64,000 bases of DNA. It comes from an uncultured delta proteobacterium (lineage in GTDB: Bacteria; Desulfobacterota; Binatia; Binatales; Binataceae). The notes under the pieces are model-generated. The model saw only the letters and a program-made list of their open reading frames with translations. It did no database searches and was not told the DNA's origin. Of the stretch, positions 53,184 through 61,713 are shown piece after piece. Within the stretch, counting starts at the first letter, position 1, and every line of letters begins with the position of its first letter. The stretch lies in NCBI GenBank assembly GCA_963805315.1, contig CAWDTQ010000015.1:516722-580721 (forward strand), read 5' to 3'. Both the position numbers and the translations under genes were made by a program.

Positions 53184-53669
53184 CTAGTCGGCTTCGAGCA
53201 TTACTATTGCTGCTGCGGCCATTCCTTCGCTGCGGCCCAGGGCGCCTATTCCTTCTGGGCTCGAGGCTTTCACGTTTATTCGCGACTCTTCTGCGCCGAG
53301 TGCTGACGCGAGCCGCTTGCGCATCGCATCGAGATGCGGCTTCAGTTTCGGCTGCTCGGCGAAGATCGTCAGGTCGGCGTTGCCGAGACGCCATCCCTGG
53401 TCGCTCGCTAGTTTCCAGACACTCGCGAGCAGAGCAATCGAGTCTGCGTTTTTGTAGCGGGGATCTGAATCGGGAAAATGCCGGCCGAGGTCGCCAGCGC
53501 CGATTGCACCGAGGATCGCGTTGGCCAGCGCATGTGCGGCGACATCGGCGTCCGAATGCCCGCGAAGTCCCTTGTCGTGCTTGATCTCGACGCCGCCGAG
53601 CACGAGCCGGCGGCCCGCCTCGAGCGGATGAAAATCAAATCCGTTACCTACGCGAAAACGCGTCGCCAT
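53184..53669 (-). CDS. ispF: 2-C-methyl-D-erythritol 2,4-cyclodiphosphate synthase
   Basis: RVGNGFDFHPL…LVLGGVEI…GLRGHSDADVAAHALANAILGA…GDLGRHFP…. Confidence 0.95.
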   Translation of the reverse strand: MATRFRVGNGFDFHPLEAGRRLVLGGVEIKHDKGLRGHSDADVAAHALANAILGAIGAGDLGRHFPDSDPRYKNADSIALLASVWKLASDQGWRLGNADLTIFAEQPKLKPHLDAMRKRLASALGAEESRINVKASSPEGIGALGRSEGMAAAAIVMLEAD

Positions 53670-53783
53670 TGCTCCAACCCCCGCCCGACGAGCGCATCAT
53701 TTGCGTTGCGCCCGAATTCGTTGACAACCGCCATTTCAGCCGCCAAGCTTTTCCTCATCGCAATCCCAGGAGGATCGTCCGCG

Positions 53784-54074
53784 ATGCCCGCATTTGCAAA
53801 GAACCCGAAATTCATCATCGGCACAATCGTCGTCCTGTGGGTGGCCTACGTCATTTACGCGAACTTTCAGATCGACATGGTCACGTTTTACCTGCTGCCC
53901 TTCAGCATCCTGACGCTGAAGCTCAGGCTTTCGGCAGTGATAATCAGCGCCGCGCTCTTCGGGTCGATCGCGACAATCGTAATTCACTGGCTATGGGTAC
54001 GACCCTCGAACAGTTCGTCGGCCGCGACCGCGCCCACGTCGCCGTCCGCTCCAAGGAGCAGCACTGTCGCCTGA
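53784..54074 (+). CDS. Small membrane protein (LapA/DUF1049-like)
   Basis: An AGGAGG RBS precedes MPAFAKNPKFIIGTIVVLWVAYVIYANFQIDMVTFYLLPF…, which has two TM helices. The 3' end overlaps convergent moeA by 91 nt, so the end is uncertain. Confidence 0.4.
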   Translation: MPAFAKNPKFIIGTIVVLWVAYVIYANFQIDMVTFYLLPFSILTLKLRLSAVIISAALFGSIATIVIHWLWVRPSNSSSAATAPTSPSAPRSSTVA

Positions 54075-55252
54075 GCGCCCGCTTTCAACATCGTTTCAGT
54101 TGACGGACCGATCAGCAGACCGTCGGCGCGCGAGAGCGAACTGAAAATCCCCGAGCCCTGGCCGCCGGTCGGAGTCGCGCGCCATCCGTCGGCGTCGCGC
54201 TCGAGCTTGACCCGTACGAACTCGGTGAGGTCACGGGAAATTTTGATGTCGACGGCGCATCGCGCCCGCACGCGCGGTAAGCCGACGCGACTCTTCCCGC
54301 TCATCTTGAGCAGCGCGGGTCGCGCGTACAGGTAAAAGCACACGAGCGTGGAGACGGGATTGCCCGGTAGGCCGAAGATCGGGCGGTAACCGACGGTGCC
54401 GAACTTGAGCGGACGCCCCGGCTTCTGCGCCACGCCGTGAAACAGCTGGCGCATCCCAAGCTCGTCGAGCGCGCCCTTAACGTGATCGAACTGACCCACC
54501 GAGACGCCGCCGGTCGAGAGCACCGCGTCGAAGGTCATCGCCTCGGCCAGGCGATCGCGAATCTCGCGCGCGTCGTCGCGCGCCACCTTGAGGATGACAG
54601 CCTCGGCTCCCGCTTCGCGCACCGCGCCGGCCAGCGCGTAGGCGCTCGAGTTGACGACCTGCGCGCCGACGGGCTGCTGATCGACGTCGACGAGTTCGTC
54701 GCCGGTGGCGACGATCGCGACGCGCGGGCGCCGAACGACCTCGACCATCGCGCGATTCACCGCCGCCAGCATCCCAAGGTCAGCCGGCGTAATCGTCTTG
54801 CCCTGCGCCATCACGAGTTCGCCGAGGCGCAAGTCCTCGCCGCGCGGCCGGATGAACGCGCCTTTTTCAGTCGCGACCAGAAATTCGACGACGTCGCCCG
54901 TGCCGCGCGTTCGTTCGACCGGGACGATCGCGTCCGCACCTTCGGCGGTCGGAGCGCCCGTCATCGTGCGAACCGCTTGACTGACGCCGACGCGGCGCGA
55001 CGGCATCTGGCCGGCGCCCACGGTCTCGACGACGGTCAGCTTGACGGGTGTTGCCTCGGACGCCTTCGCAAGGTCGGCGGCGCGGACTGCGTAACCGTCC
55101 ATCGCGGAGTTGTCGAAGCCGGGGATGTCGCGCGGCGAGGCGATTTGCTCGGCGAGCACGCGGCCGAGAGCGTTTAGAATTGGAATTCGCTCGACGCCTA
55201 GCGGAGCGACGTTTTCAAGGACGATTTGCAGGGCCTGGTCGGCGCTGATCAT
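53984..55252 (-). CDS. moeA: Molybdopterin molybdenumtransferase MoeA
   Basis: 422 aa containing …PGFDNSAMDGYAVRAADL…, …VAIVATGDELV… and …LSTGGVSVGQFD…LPGNPVS…. Confidence 0.9.
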   Translation of the reverse strand: MISADQALQIVLENVAPLGVERIPILNALGRVLAEQIASPRDIPGFDNSAMDGYAVRAADLAKASEATPVKLTVVETVGAGQMPSRRVGVSQAVRTMTGAPTAEGADAIVPVERTRGTGDVVEFLVATEKGAFIRPRGEDLRLGELVMAQGKTITPADLGMLAAVNRAMVEVVRRPRVAIVATGDELVDVDQQPVGAQVVNSSAYALAGAVREAGAEAVILKVARDDAREIRDRLAEAMTFDAVLSTGGVSVGQFDHVKGALDELGMRQLFHGVAQKPGRPLKFGTVGYRPIFGLPGNPVSTLVCFYLYARPALLKMSGKSRVGLPRVRARCAVDIKISRDLTEFVRVKLERDADGWRATPTGGQGSGIFSSLSRADGLLIGPSTETMLKAGAQATVLLLGADGDVGAVAADELFEGRTHSQ

Positions 55253-55290
55253 GCGGAGGAGAGGATACGCCGGTCTTGGGGGAAGGGTAA

Positions 55291-55386
55291 ATCACTTCAT
55301 TGAACGTGAAACCCGCCATGGGTTTCAAACTTCCTTGGGCAGGGGTGACCTCCTTCGGCTTCGCTCAGGACAGGCTCTGCACCCAC
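55291..55386. repeat. Two-hairpin REP-like element, copy C (with a 26-bp insertion in hairpin 2)
   Basis: atcacttcattgaacgtgaaacccgccatgggtttcaaacttccttgggcaggggtgacc[tccttcggcttcgctcaggacaggct]ctgcaccca. The bracketed insert resembles a third repeat family (…cgcttcgctcagg…). Confidence 0.65.
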
Positions 55387-55457
55387 CGCTTCAGGTCACG
55401 AATGAACCTGCGACAGGCTAATGCCGGTCCGGCGCAATGAGCTAAAAGAGACTGAAA

Positions 55458-56441
55458 TTAGAACTCGACGTGTTCGGCGCTAGCGTGGGTTTCTGAATCC
55501 ACGGGAACGCGGACGCTGTACGTGCGCGCATTCGGAGGAACGATGTCGCGCAGCAGGGCCGGATTGAGCTCGTGCAGGCGCTCGAGCGTCGTCCCGTGAT
55601 TGAGCGCGACCCGGCTCAGCGGAGTGCCTCCGCGCACCGGCAGCATCTGGTAGACGGGTGGGTCGTCGAGCTTGACGGGCGTGATTCCGTAACTGTCGGC
55701 ATGATGCGCGATATATGCAACGGCCATGAAGCGTCCGAGCAACCCGCGGGTTCGCCGCGGCAGCCGATTACCGAACTTCTCCATCTTGGGGCCGCGCAGC
55801 GACCAGTAGCGGTCTATCGCCCGGTCGCCGTTGTTCCACGCGACCAGGGTCATCGGCCAATCGTCGCCCGCCTTGTCGTGCAGGGTGGCCAGGTACTCGG
55901 CGGCCGCCTTCGTGGACATTACGGGGTCGCGGCGCTCGTCGACGTAGCTGTCGATGCGGAGGCCGAATTGCTTGGCGGTGCCGCTATTGAATTGCCATGG
56001 GCCCTTGCCCTGCTTGGAAAATTCGCTTTCGGCGAAAGCCAGGTAGACAAGGTCGTCGGGAAGACCGTAACTCCTCAGTACCCGGACCATATCGGGCAGG
56101 TAGGGGTGACTGCGGTCGAAGGTATCCTGTAGATGATAGGGAGAACTCAGGAAATCCGAAACGTAATGGCGAACGGCGCGATTAAGGAGAATCGGGAAGG
56201 GTGCGACCGGCTGAGGCAGTGGGAGCACGTAGGACGTCGAAATCGGCCTGGCGCCGGCCTCGGCGGGAGTCTCGAGCTCAAAGCCGGTGCTTTGGCCGGT
56301 CAGGCTGGGCGACGCCGGCCCTTGCGAAGCGTCGGGCGTGTCGAAATCCTGTGCAAGAGCGCGAGTGGACGCCCATCCGGCGACAAGCAGGACCGCCATC
56401 AGCGCAACAAGCATTCGATAGATAGACTTAGTTGTACGCAT
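55458..56441 (-). CDS. Lytic transglycosylase (SLT domain) with C-terminal LysM-like domain
   Basis: Signal peptide, then …LAFAESEFSKQGKGPWQFNSGTAKQFGL…AAAEYLATLH…AWNNG… (SLT). The C-terminus is …YQMLPVRGGTPLSRVALNHGTTLERLHELNPAL…. Confidence 0.8.
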   Translation of the reverse strand: MRTTKSIYRMLVALMAVLLVAGWASTRALAQDFDTPDASQGPASPSLTGQSTGFELETPAEAGARPISTSYVLPLPQPVAPFPILLNRAVRHYVSDFLSSPYHLQDTFDRSHPYLPDMVRVLRSYGLPDDLVYLAFAESEFSKQGKGPWQFNSGTAKQFGLRIDSYVDERRDPVMSTKAAAEYLATLHDKAGDDWPMTLVAWNNGDRAIDRYWSLRGPKMEKFGNRLPRRTRGLLGRFMAVAYIAHHADSYGITPVKLDDPPVYQMLPVRGGTPLSRVALNHGTTLERLHELNPALLRDIVPPNARTYSVRVPVDSETHASAEHVEF

Positions 56442-56587
56442 TCTCCCCCGAGAAAGATGACCCCAACCGTACCGACCGACGCGACCGGGATCAACCCATT
56501 CGAGGTGGATAAGCTATTAAAAAGTCTAATGCCAAACGGCGTATCTGTTGATAAATCGTTGCAGATGCTGACGAATATTGGCGCTGG

Positions 56588-57793
56588 ATGGCGGAAATAT
56601 TAGTTACGTCAAGTTTCAGCGGATCGGGTTCTTTGTGTTACCGTCGAGAAAACGGCACCCTGTTCCAAGGCAAAACTGACCGGACACCAATTTTGAAGCT
56701 TTGGCGCGACATTATAGATAGCCTGACCGACGCGATCGTCGTGCTCTCGTCCGCCATGGAACCCTTGGTGGTCAATCCGGCGGCGGAGACGATGCTCGGG
56801 GTTTCCCAGATGAGTGCGACGACGGTGGCAGACCTCGTCCGCCAGAACGACTGGCTGGGCCGGATGGTCGGAGCCTGCCTCGATAGCGGTCAGGATTTGG
56901 GCGATACCGAGACGGTGCTGACGACGGGCCCGCGGGAGCTGGCGGTTCGCGTCGAGGTATCCCCCCTGCTGAGCGCCGAGGGACGGCCCGGGGGCGTCAT
57001 TATATTGCTGCACGACCTGTCCCACGAAAAAGGCGCAGCCGAGGCCGCCAGCGATGGCGACCTGAACCTGCGGCTGTCGCCGGCCGGGCTGGCGCACGAG
57101 GTCAAGAATCCGCTCACGGGCATCAAGGGAGCAGCCGAGCTGATGGCCGGGATGTTTCCCGATGACGCGCGCGCGCAGCAGTATTGCGGCGTGATCCTCG
57201 ACGGCGTCAATCGGATAGCGGCTCTCGTCGAGCAGGTGCTGGTGGTCAGCGGGCCGCAACGCCTGGCGCATGAGCCGGTCAACATCCACATGGTGCTGCA
57301 TCAGGCGCTCCGGATGGCGGGGTTGTTCCCGCAACCGCCCGCGGGGGTCGTCGTGTTGCAGGATTTCGATCCCAGCCTGCCCGACGTGATCGGAGACGCG
57401 GGCGCATTGGAGCGAACGTTTCTGAATTTGATCAAGAATGCGGTCGAGGCGATCGGCGAGTCGGGCACGATTCGGCTGCATACGCGAATCGAACGGGAAT
57501 TCAGGATGACGGCCGAGGGGCGTCGTCGCCAGTTCCTGCGGGTCGAAGTCAGCGACAGCGGCGTCGGCATCCCGGAGGATCAGCTCTCGCAACTGTTCAC
57601 GCCGTTCTTCACCACGAAGCCGGCGGGCACCGGGCTGGGCCTCGTGCTATGTCAGCGAATCATCGCGCTACACGGCGGCAGACTATGGGCAAATCGCGGC
57701 GGCGTCGATCGAGTAAAGGGCACGCCCAAATCCAAGGATGGAATGACATTCAAAGTGACGCTGCCAATGATGGCATCGGAAAAACGCCCCTAA
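56588..57793 (+). CDS. PAS-containing sensor histidine kinase (NtrB-like)
   Basis: The H-box is LAHEVKNPLTGIKGAAELM. The N and G boxes are …FLNLIKNAVEA…DSGVGIPED…FTTKPAGTGLGLVLCQRII…. No cognate response regulator lies downstream. Confidence 0.85.
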   Translation: MAEILVTSSFSGSGSLCYRRENGTLFQGKTDRTPILKLWRDIIDSLTDAIVVLSSAMEPLVVNPAAETMLGVSQMSATTVADLVRQNDWLGRMVGACLDSGQDLGDTETVLTTGPRELAVRVEVSPLLSAEGRPGGVIILLHDLSHEKGAAEAASDGDLNLRLSPAGLAHEVKNPLTGIKGAAELMAGMFPDDARAQQYCGVILDGVNRIAALVEQVLVVSGPQRLAHEPVNIHMVLHQALRMAGLFPQPPAGVVVLQDFDPSLPDVIGDAGALERTFLNLIKNAVEAIGESGTIRLHTRIEREFRMTAEGRRRQFLRVEVSDSGVGIPEDQLSQLFTPFFTTKPAGTGLGLVLCQRIIALHGGRLWANRGGVDRVKGTPKSKDGMTFKVTLPMMASEKRP

Positions 57794-57815
57794 TAACCGT
57801 CGCTGTCTCCCCTCT
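57630..57815. repeat. 186-bp direct repeat, copy 1 (authentic 3' end of the kinase gene plus 22 bp)
   Basis: Hand alignment to 61392-61577 gives 167/186 identical with no gaps. Confidence 0.85.
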
Positions 57816-57879
57816 CCCTGTAAGGAGAGCTTTGCGTAACTCGGCTGGGATTTCTTCCCCTCTCCCTGTTAGGGAGAGG
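57812..57879. repeat. Short GC-rich hairpin repeats (family 2)
   Basis: ctctccctgtaaggagag (57812-57829) and cctctccctgttagggagagg (57859-57879). Confidence 0.5.
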
Positions 57880-58067
57880 ATGAAGGTGAGGGTCCGATCA
57901 CAGCGCGCAAGTTAGGGCGTCGCGTTCCGCGCAACTGATTACCCGCCTCGCCCGCTTACGGGAGAGGCCGCGCCGAAGGAGCGGGTGAGGATGCGCGCGC
58001 GATTCAAGATTCTGCCTCTGCTGTTGATGAAGCCCTCGAACAATCTTCATCGCGATACTTCTTGGGC

Positions 58068-58150
58068 TGTCATTCTGAAGGCGCGTAGCGCCGGTAGAAT
58101 CCCGGACCTCTGGGCTGCGGGACCCTACCGCTTCGCTTCAGGGCGACACA
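58068..58150. repeat. MITE-like element with imperfect terminal inverted repeats (family 3)
   Basis: tgtcattctgaaggcg…cgcttcagggcgacaca. The termini pair at about 12 of 15 positions. Related 'cgcttc(g)ctcagg' cores occur at 53139-53160 and 55355-55375. Confidence 0.45.
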
Positions 58151-58277
58151 GAGCCTGCTGGAGAGTTGCAGGAGGTGCAGACACCGTACGCGGTATGTCG
58201 TTCGGCCAGCCCGAGCATGAATGCCAAATAGTAGGTTAAAGCTACAATTCCAAACGCAAAAGGGTATTAGTTTTGCC

Positions 58278-58306
58278 TTGACATGATATTAGCAGCCGTA
58301 GAGTAT
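58278..58306 (+). promoter_or_regulatory. Candidate sigma-70 promoter of the large surface-protein gene
   Basis: TTGACA (58278-58283), a 17-nt spacer, then GAGTAT (58301-58306). A GGGGAGGA RBS lies at 58335-58342, before the ATG at 58348. Confidence 0.3.
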
Positions 58307-58347
58307 CGCGCTATTCCCGCTCGACAATCGTTTTGGGGAGGACCCAC

Positions 58348-61284
58348 ATGTTCGGATCAAATAATCCCGGACAGCTACGATGGTATCTTGCTGCTCGCAG
58401 GACTCCGTTCTCGGCCCTCTCGCGTGTACTCCTTGTTGTCCTCTTAATCTCTGTCATTCCACTCTATGCCTGGGCCGCATCGTCGTCCCCACTGACCGTG
58501 TCCGTTGCGCCGGGTTCCGCGACGGCGGGCTCGGCGACCGCTTTGATCTTCACTTTTGATTCCTCGGTTAGCTCCAAAGGAAGCGTTTCGATCAAGGTTC
58601 CGCCGTCATCGGGCGCGCCGTGGTCACCACCTCAGGCATCGAACTCTTCGCTACCGGGGTTCGTGGAGGCCAAGAGCGGCACATGCCATTCGGCAAGCGT
58701 GGCGAGCGCCTCGGGCGGCACGATGATGATCAACTTCAAATGCCGTAAGCGGGACACATTCCAGGTCATTTACGGGGGCGGGACTGCCAAGGCGAACGCA
58801 GCCACCCTGGTCGGAAACTATACCTTCATGACGACGCTCGTGGTTGGCAAAAAATCAGCGGCGGTGCCCGTTCAGCCCACCATTGCGGTGAATCCTGGTC
58901 CAGCGGCGCGTTTCACCGTTACCGGTCTCGTGAATGTTGTCGCAGGTACATCGCAGCTCGGTATGGTTACCGCATTTGATCAGTTTAACAATGTCGCGAC
59001 CGGCTACAACGGAACCGTGGACTTCGCCTCCAGCGATCCGCAGACCGGGGTGCTGTCCGACATGAGCGAGATGGCTGCGAATGGTCTGGCGTTCTTCGGC
59101 GTATCGTTCAAGACAGCGGGGTCACAGTCGGTGACTGCAAGTGATTCCGTGAACTCAGCAATCACCGGGATGGATACGGTGACCGTTAGTCCGGCTGCGG
59201 CGGCGCGCCTGGCCGTAACCGGCCTTGTGAACGCGGCTGCGGGAACACCTCAGACTGCAACCGCGACCGCTTACGATATTTTCGGTAACGTCGTGACCGG
59301 CTACGACGGAACCGTCAACTTCACCACCAGCGATGGACAGGCAGGTTTTACCCCAAACAGCGTGATGGCGTCGTTAGGCGTGGCATCGGCGCTAACGGCG
59401 CTCAGGACCGCTGGGCCACAGTCGGTGACCGCGACTGATTCCGTGAACTCGGCCATCACCGGTACAGAAGACGTGACCATCTCTGCGGCGCAGGGCGCCA
59501 GCATTCAGGTCATTGTAAGCCCCCTTCCACAGACGGCGTACGTATGGAAGGACCCGGTTGGATGCAGCGTGGGCGCCTTCCTCCTCGACGCCTACGGCAA
59601 TCACGTCACTTCGAGCGACCTGTTGCATTTCACCTCGACCGACCCTCTGGCGCACATACCGGCAACACTCACTCCGGGTCTTTTCACTGTAGGGCTCACT
59701 GGATTCACCACGCAGGGGCAACAAACAGTGACCGCCACTGACCCCTCGATCATTGTTCCCTCCACCCAAAAACCACTGACGGGCAGCACTACCGTAACCG
59801 TAATCGGGCCCGTGGCGGTTGACGACCAGTATTATTTCCTGGATCCGACTCACTCAGCCACTTCCGTGTACTCCATGAACGCACTCCAAAACGACCTGCC
59901 TGACGACGTCGGCGGCTTTCTCCTGGTGAATGGTAACGAAATCGATTTCGGATACTCAACCATTACCCAGCAACCCGAATACACGGACGCCAGTAATCAA
60001 GTGCACCAGGTCGGGTTGTTGAGCATCACCGAGAACGGTGATTATCTGGCTTGGGATCTCAATCCGGCGGTAGCGCCCGCAGTTCCGCAGGGCGTCATCT
60101 ATGATACCTGCCCGACGGCGACAACTTTAACGACGCCGGCCTGCAACATCGCCAACCCCATCACAGCGGCTTACACCGTGACCGACGGTTTCAACATCTC
60201 CTCGCCTGCTACGATAACCATGAATCTCACCACCCCTTCTACTCCGGAGGTCATCGGTACGACTCCGAATGTCACTTACCAAGGCGGCGGCGGGAATACT
60301 GAGACGGTGTCGGTAGTCGGCATGGGGAGCACCCAGATAACTGTCGAGGACCCCGCGATTAGCGCGACCGCTACTTCCGATCCGACCATCCCGGACGACG
60401 GCGCGGTGGATGTGACAATGAGCTTTAAACCGACGATCGTGTCTGGCTGCACCGCTGACTGCATGGACCTGAGCAAATGTACTATTTGCCCAGACACCGT
60501 GACCCTTATGGCGACTGCTGTGGTGCCTTCGGGCTTAGGCGTCACAAGCACCGGCAGCGCTACACCGCTTCTCGCAAGTGTCGCCACACCCCTGTTCAAC
60601 ACTCCATTGCGTGATCTTTGGAGTAGTAACGTCAATTTTTCGGGAGGCATCCCTACGCCGACTGGGTTGCTACCGGTCACGCTTATAAACCCGAACTTCG
60701 TTGGTTTGGTGCCTCCCACGTTTTTCGGAGAAATTTTTGAAGCAAGCACCATCGCAGGAGGCCCTGGTGCATCGCTCGCAATGAGCTCGCCCGGAGTGAG
60801 CTCGCCGGGTATCACCTTCAGTTGCGAATTGGCTGGAAAAAGCACCCCGTGCCCGAATGTTCTGATAAGTCTTGATGTAGCTGGTGCTACCGTAGCACCA
60901 GCTAACACACCCCCTACCTGCGACAGTGAACTCGTTTTCTGCGGCAACGGCCCACCGACTGGTCAACTAGCAATTGGCGCCAACAGTTGGTCGCTGAACG
61001 ACGCGTTGCCCGTAGATGTTATTCTCTCCCAAACCGCCGCCAATGCCACTGGCACCGTCACTATAAATGTATTTAGTGAACTTTTCACAAGTTGCGGAAC
61101 GAACTGCGCGACATATGCAGCTGGCAGCAGTTTTGTTGTGGGCACGCAGGATATAACTCAAGGAGCCCCAAACTTCTCGTTCAAGTTCCCCAGCGCCGGT
61201 TATTGGGCCGTACAAGCTGTCTATTCAGGCGACGCCAACGACAACACGAGCGGAGCAGCCACTGTTTATGACGTTACCAACTGA
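58348..61284 (+). CDS. Large secreted/surface protein with tandem Ig-like (Big_1/invasin-like) repeats, a cadherin-like domain and a C-terminal Ig-like domain
   Basis: Signal peptide (…LLVVLLISVIPLYAWAASS). Three ~100-aa repeats (…AARFTVTGLVNVVAGTSQLGMVTAFDQFNNVATGYNGTVDFASSDPQ…SVTASDSVNSAITG…). Then VAVDDQYYF…NALQNDLPDD…AAYTVTDGFN…, and the C-terminus …GYWAVQAVYSGDANDNTSG…. The track starts at TTG 58333; the ATG at 58348 is the preferred start. Confidence 0.8.
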   Translation: MFGSNNPGQLRWYLAARRTPFSALSRVLLVVLLISVIPLYAWAASSSPLTVSVAPGSATAGSATALIFTFDSSVSSKGSVSIKVPPSSGAPWSPPQASNSSLPGFVEAKSGTCHSASVASASGGTMMINFKCRKRDTFQVIYGGGTAKANAATLVGNYTFMTTLVVGKKSAAVPVQPTIAVNPGPAARFTVTGLVNVVAGTSQLGMVTAFDQFNNVATGYNGTVDFASSDPQTGVLSDMSEMAANGLAFFGVSFKTAGSQSVTASDSVNSAITGMDTVTVSPAAAARLAVTGLVNAAAGTPQTATATAYDIFGNVVTGYDGTVNFTTSDGQAGFTPNSVMASLGVASALTALRTAGPQSVTATDSVNSAITGTEDVTISAAQGASIQVIVSPLPQTAYVWKDPVGCSVGAFLLDAYGNHVTSSDLLHFTSTDPLAHIPATLTPGLFTVGLTGFTTQGQQTVTATDPSIIVPSTQKPLTGSTTVTVIGPVAVDDQYYFLDPTHSATSVYSMNALQNDLPDDVGGFLLVNGNEIDFGYSTITQQPEYTDASNQVHQVGLLSITENGDYLAWDLNPAVAPAVPQGVIYDTCPTATTLTTPACNIANPITAAYTVTDGFNISSPATITMNLTTPSTPEVIGTTPNVTYQGGGGNTETVSVVGMGSTQITVEDPAISATATSDPTIPDDGAVDVTMSFKPTIVSGCTADCMDLSKCTICPDTVTLMATAVVPSGLGVTSTGSATPLLASVATPLFNTPLRDLWSSNVNFSGGIPTPTGLLPVTLINPNFVGLVPPTFFGEIFEASTIAGGPGASLAMSSPGVSSPGITFSCELAGKSTPCPNVLISLDVAGATVAPANTPPTCDSELVFCGNGPPTGQLAIGANSWSLNDALPVDVILSQTAANATGTVTINVFSELFTSCGTNCATYAAGSSFVVGTQDITQGAPNFSFKFPSAGYWAVQAVYSGDANDNTSGAATVYDVTN

Positions 61285-61361
61285 CAATGGGTTGCCGCTA
61301 ACACCATCATACGGGCAACTCAAAGCACCCATTGAAGGTATCGCGCCTTCCCGCTTTTGTA

Positions 61362-61558
61362 TTCAGATAGGCGAACTGGTGACCTCGAAATCCGGGCTGG
61401 GCCTCGTGCTATGCCAGCGAATCATCGCGCTGCACGGCGGCAGACTATGGGCCCAGCGCGGCGGCGTCGATCGAGTAAAAGGCACGCCGACATCCAAGGA
61501 CGGAATGACATTCAAGGTGACGTTGCCAATGATGTCGTCAGAGAAACGCCCGCAATAA
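61362..61558 (+). pseudogene. Orphan 3' fragment of a histidine-kinase gene (paralogous/xenologous copy of 57600-57793)
   Basis: It encodes …QIGELVTSKSGLGLVLCQRIIALHGGRLWAQRGGVDRVKGTPTSKDGMTFKVTLPMMSSEKRPQ*, compared with …TTKPAGTGLGLVLCQRIIALHGGRLWANRGGVDRVKGTPKSKDGMTFKVTLPMMASEKRP* in the intact kinase. There is no upstream kinase body. Confidence 0.8.
61364..61392. repeat. 29-bp direct repeat, copy 1
   Basis: cagataggcgaactggtgacctcgaaatc matches 63794-63822 (cagatagccgaactggtgacctcgaagtc) at 27/29 positions. Confidence 0.7.
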
Positions 61559-61577
61559 TCGTCGCTGTTTCCCCTCT
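61392..61577. repeat. 186-bp direct repeat, copy 2
   Basis: See 57630-57815. There are 19 mismatches, and most coding-region mismatches fall at third codon positions. Confidence 0.85.
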
Positions 61578-61713
61578 GCTCGGCTCAGACGTTCCAGAGA
61601 CACATTTTCGGACAACCCGATCGTCCCCGAATGGGGATTGACACCAGACCCTCAACTCATGAGATGGTCGCGTGATTATGCTGAGGTAAAACTGGCCTCG
61701 GCATCGGTCAAAA

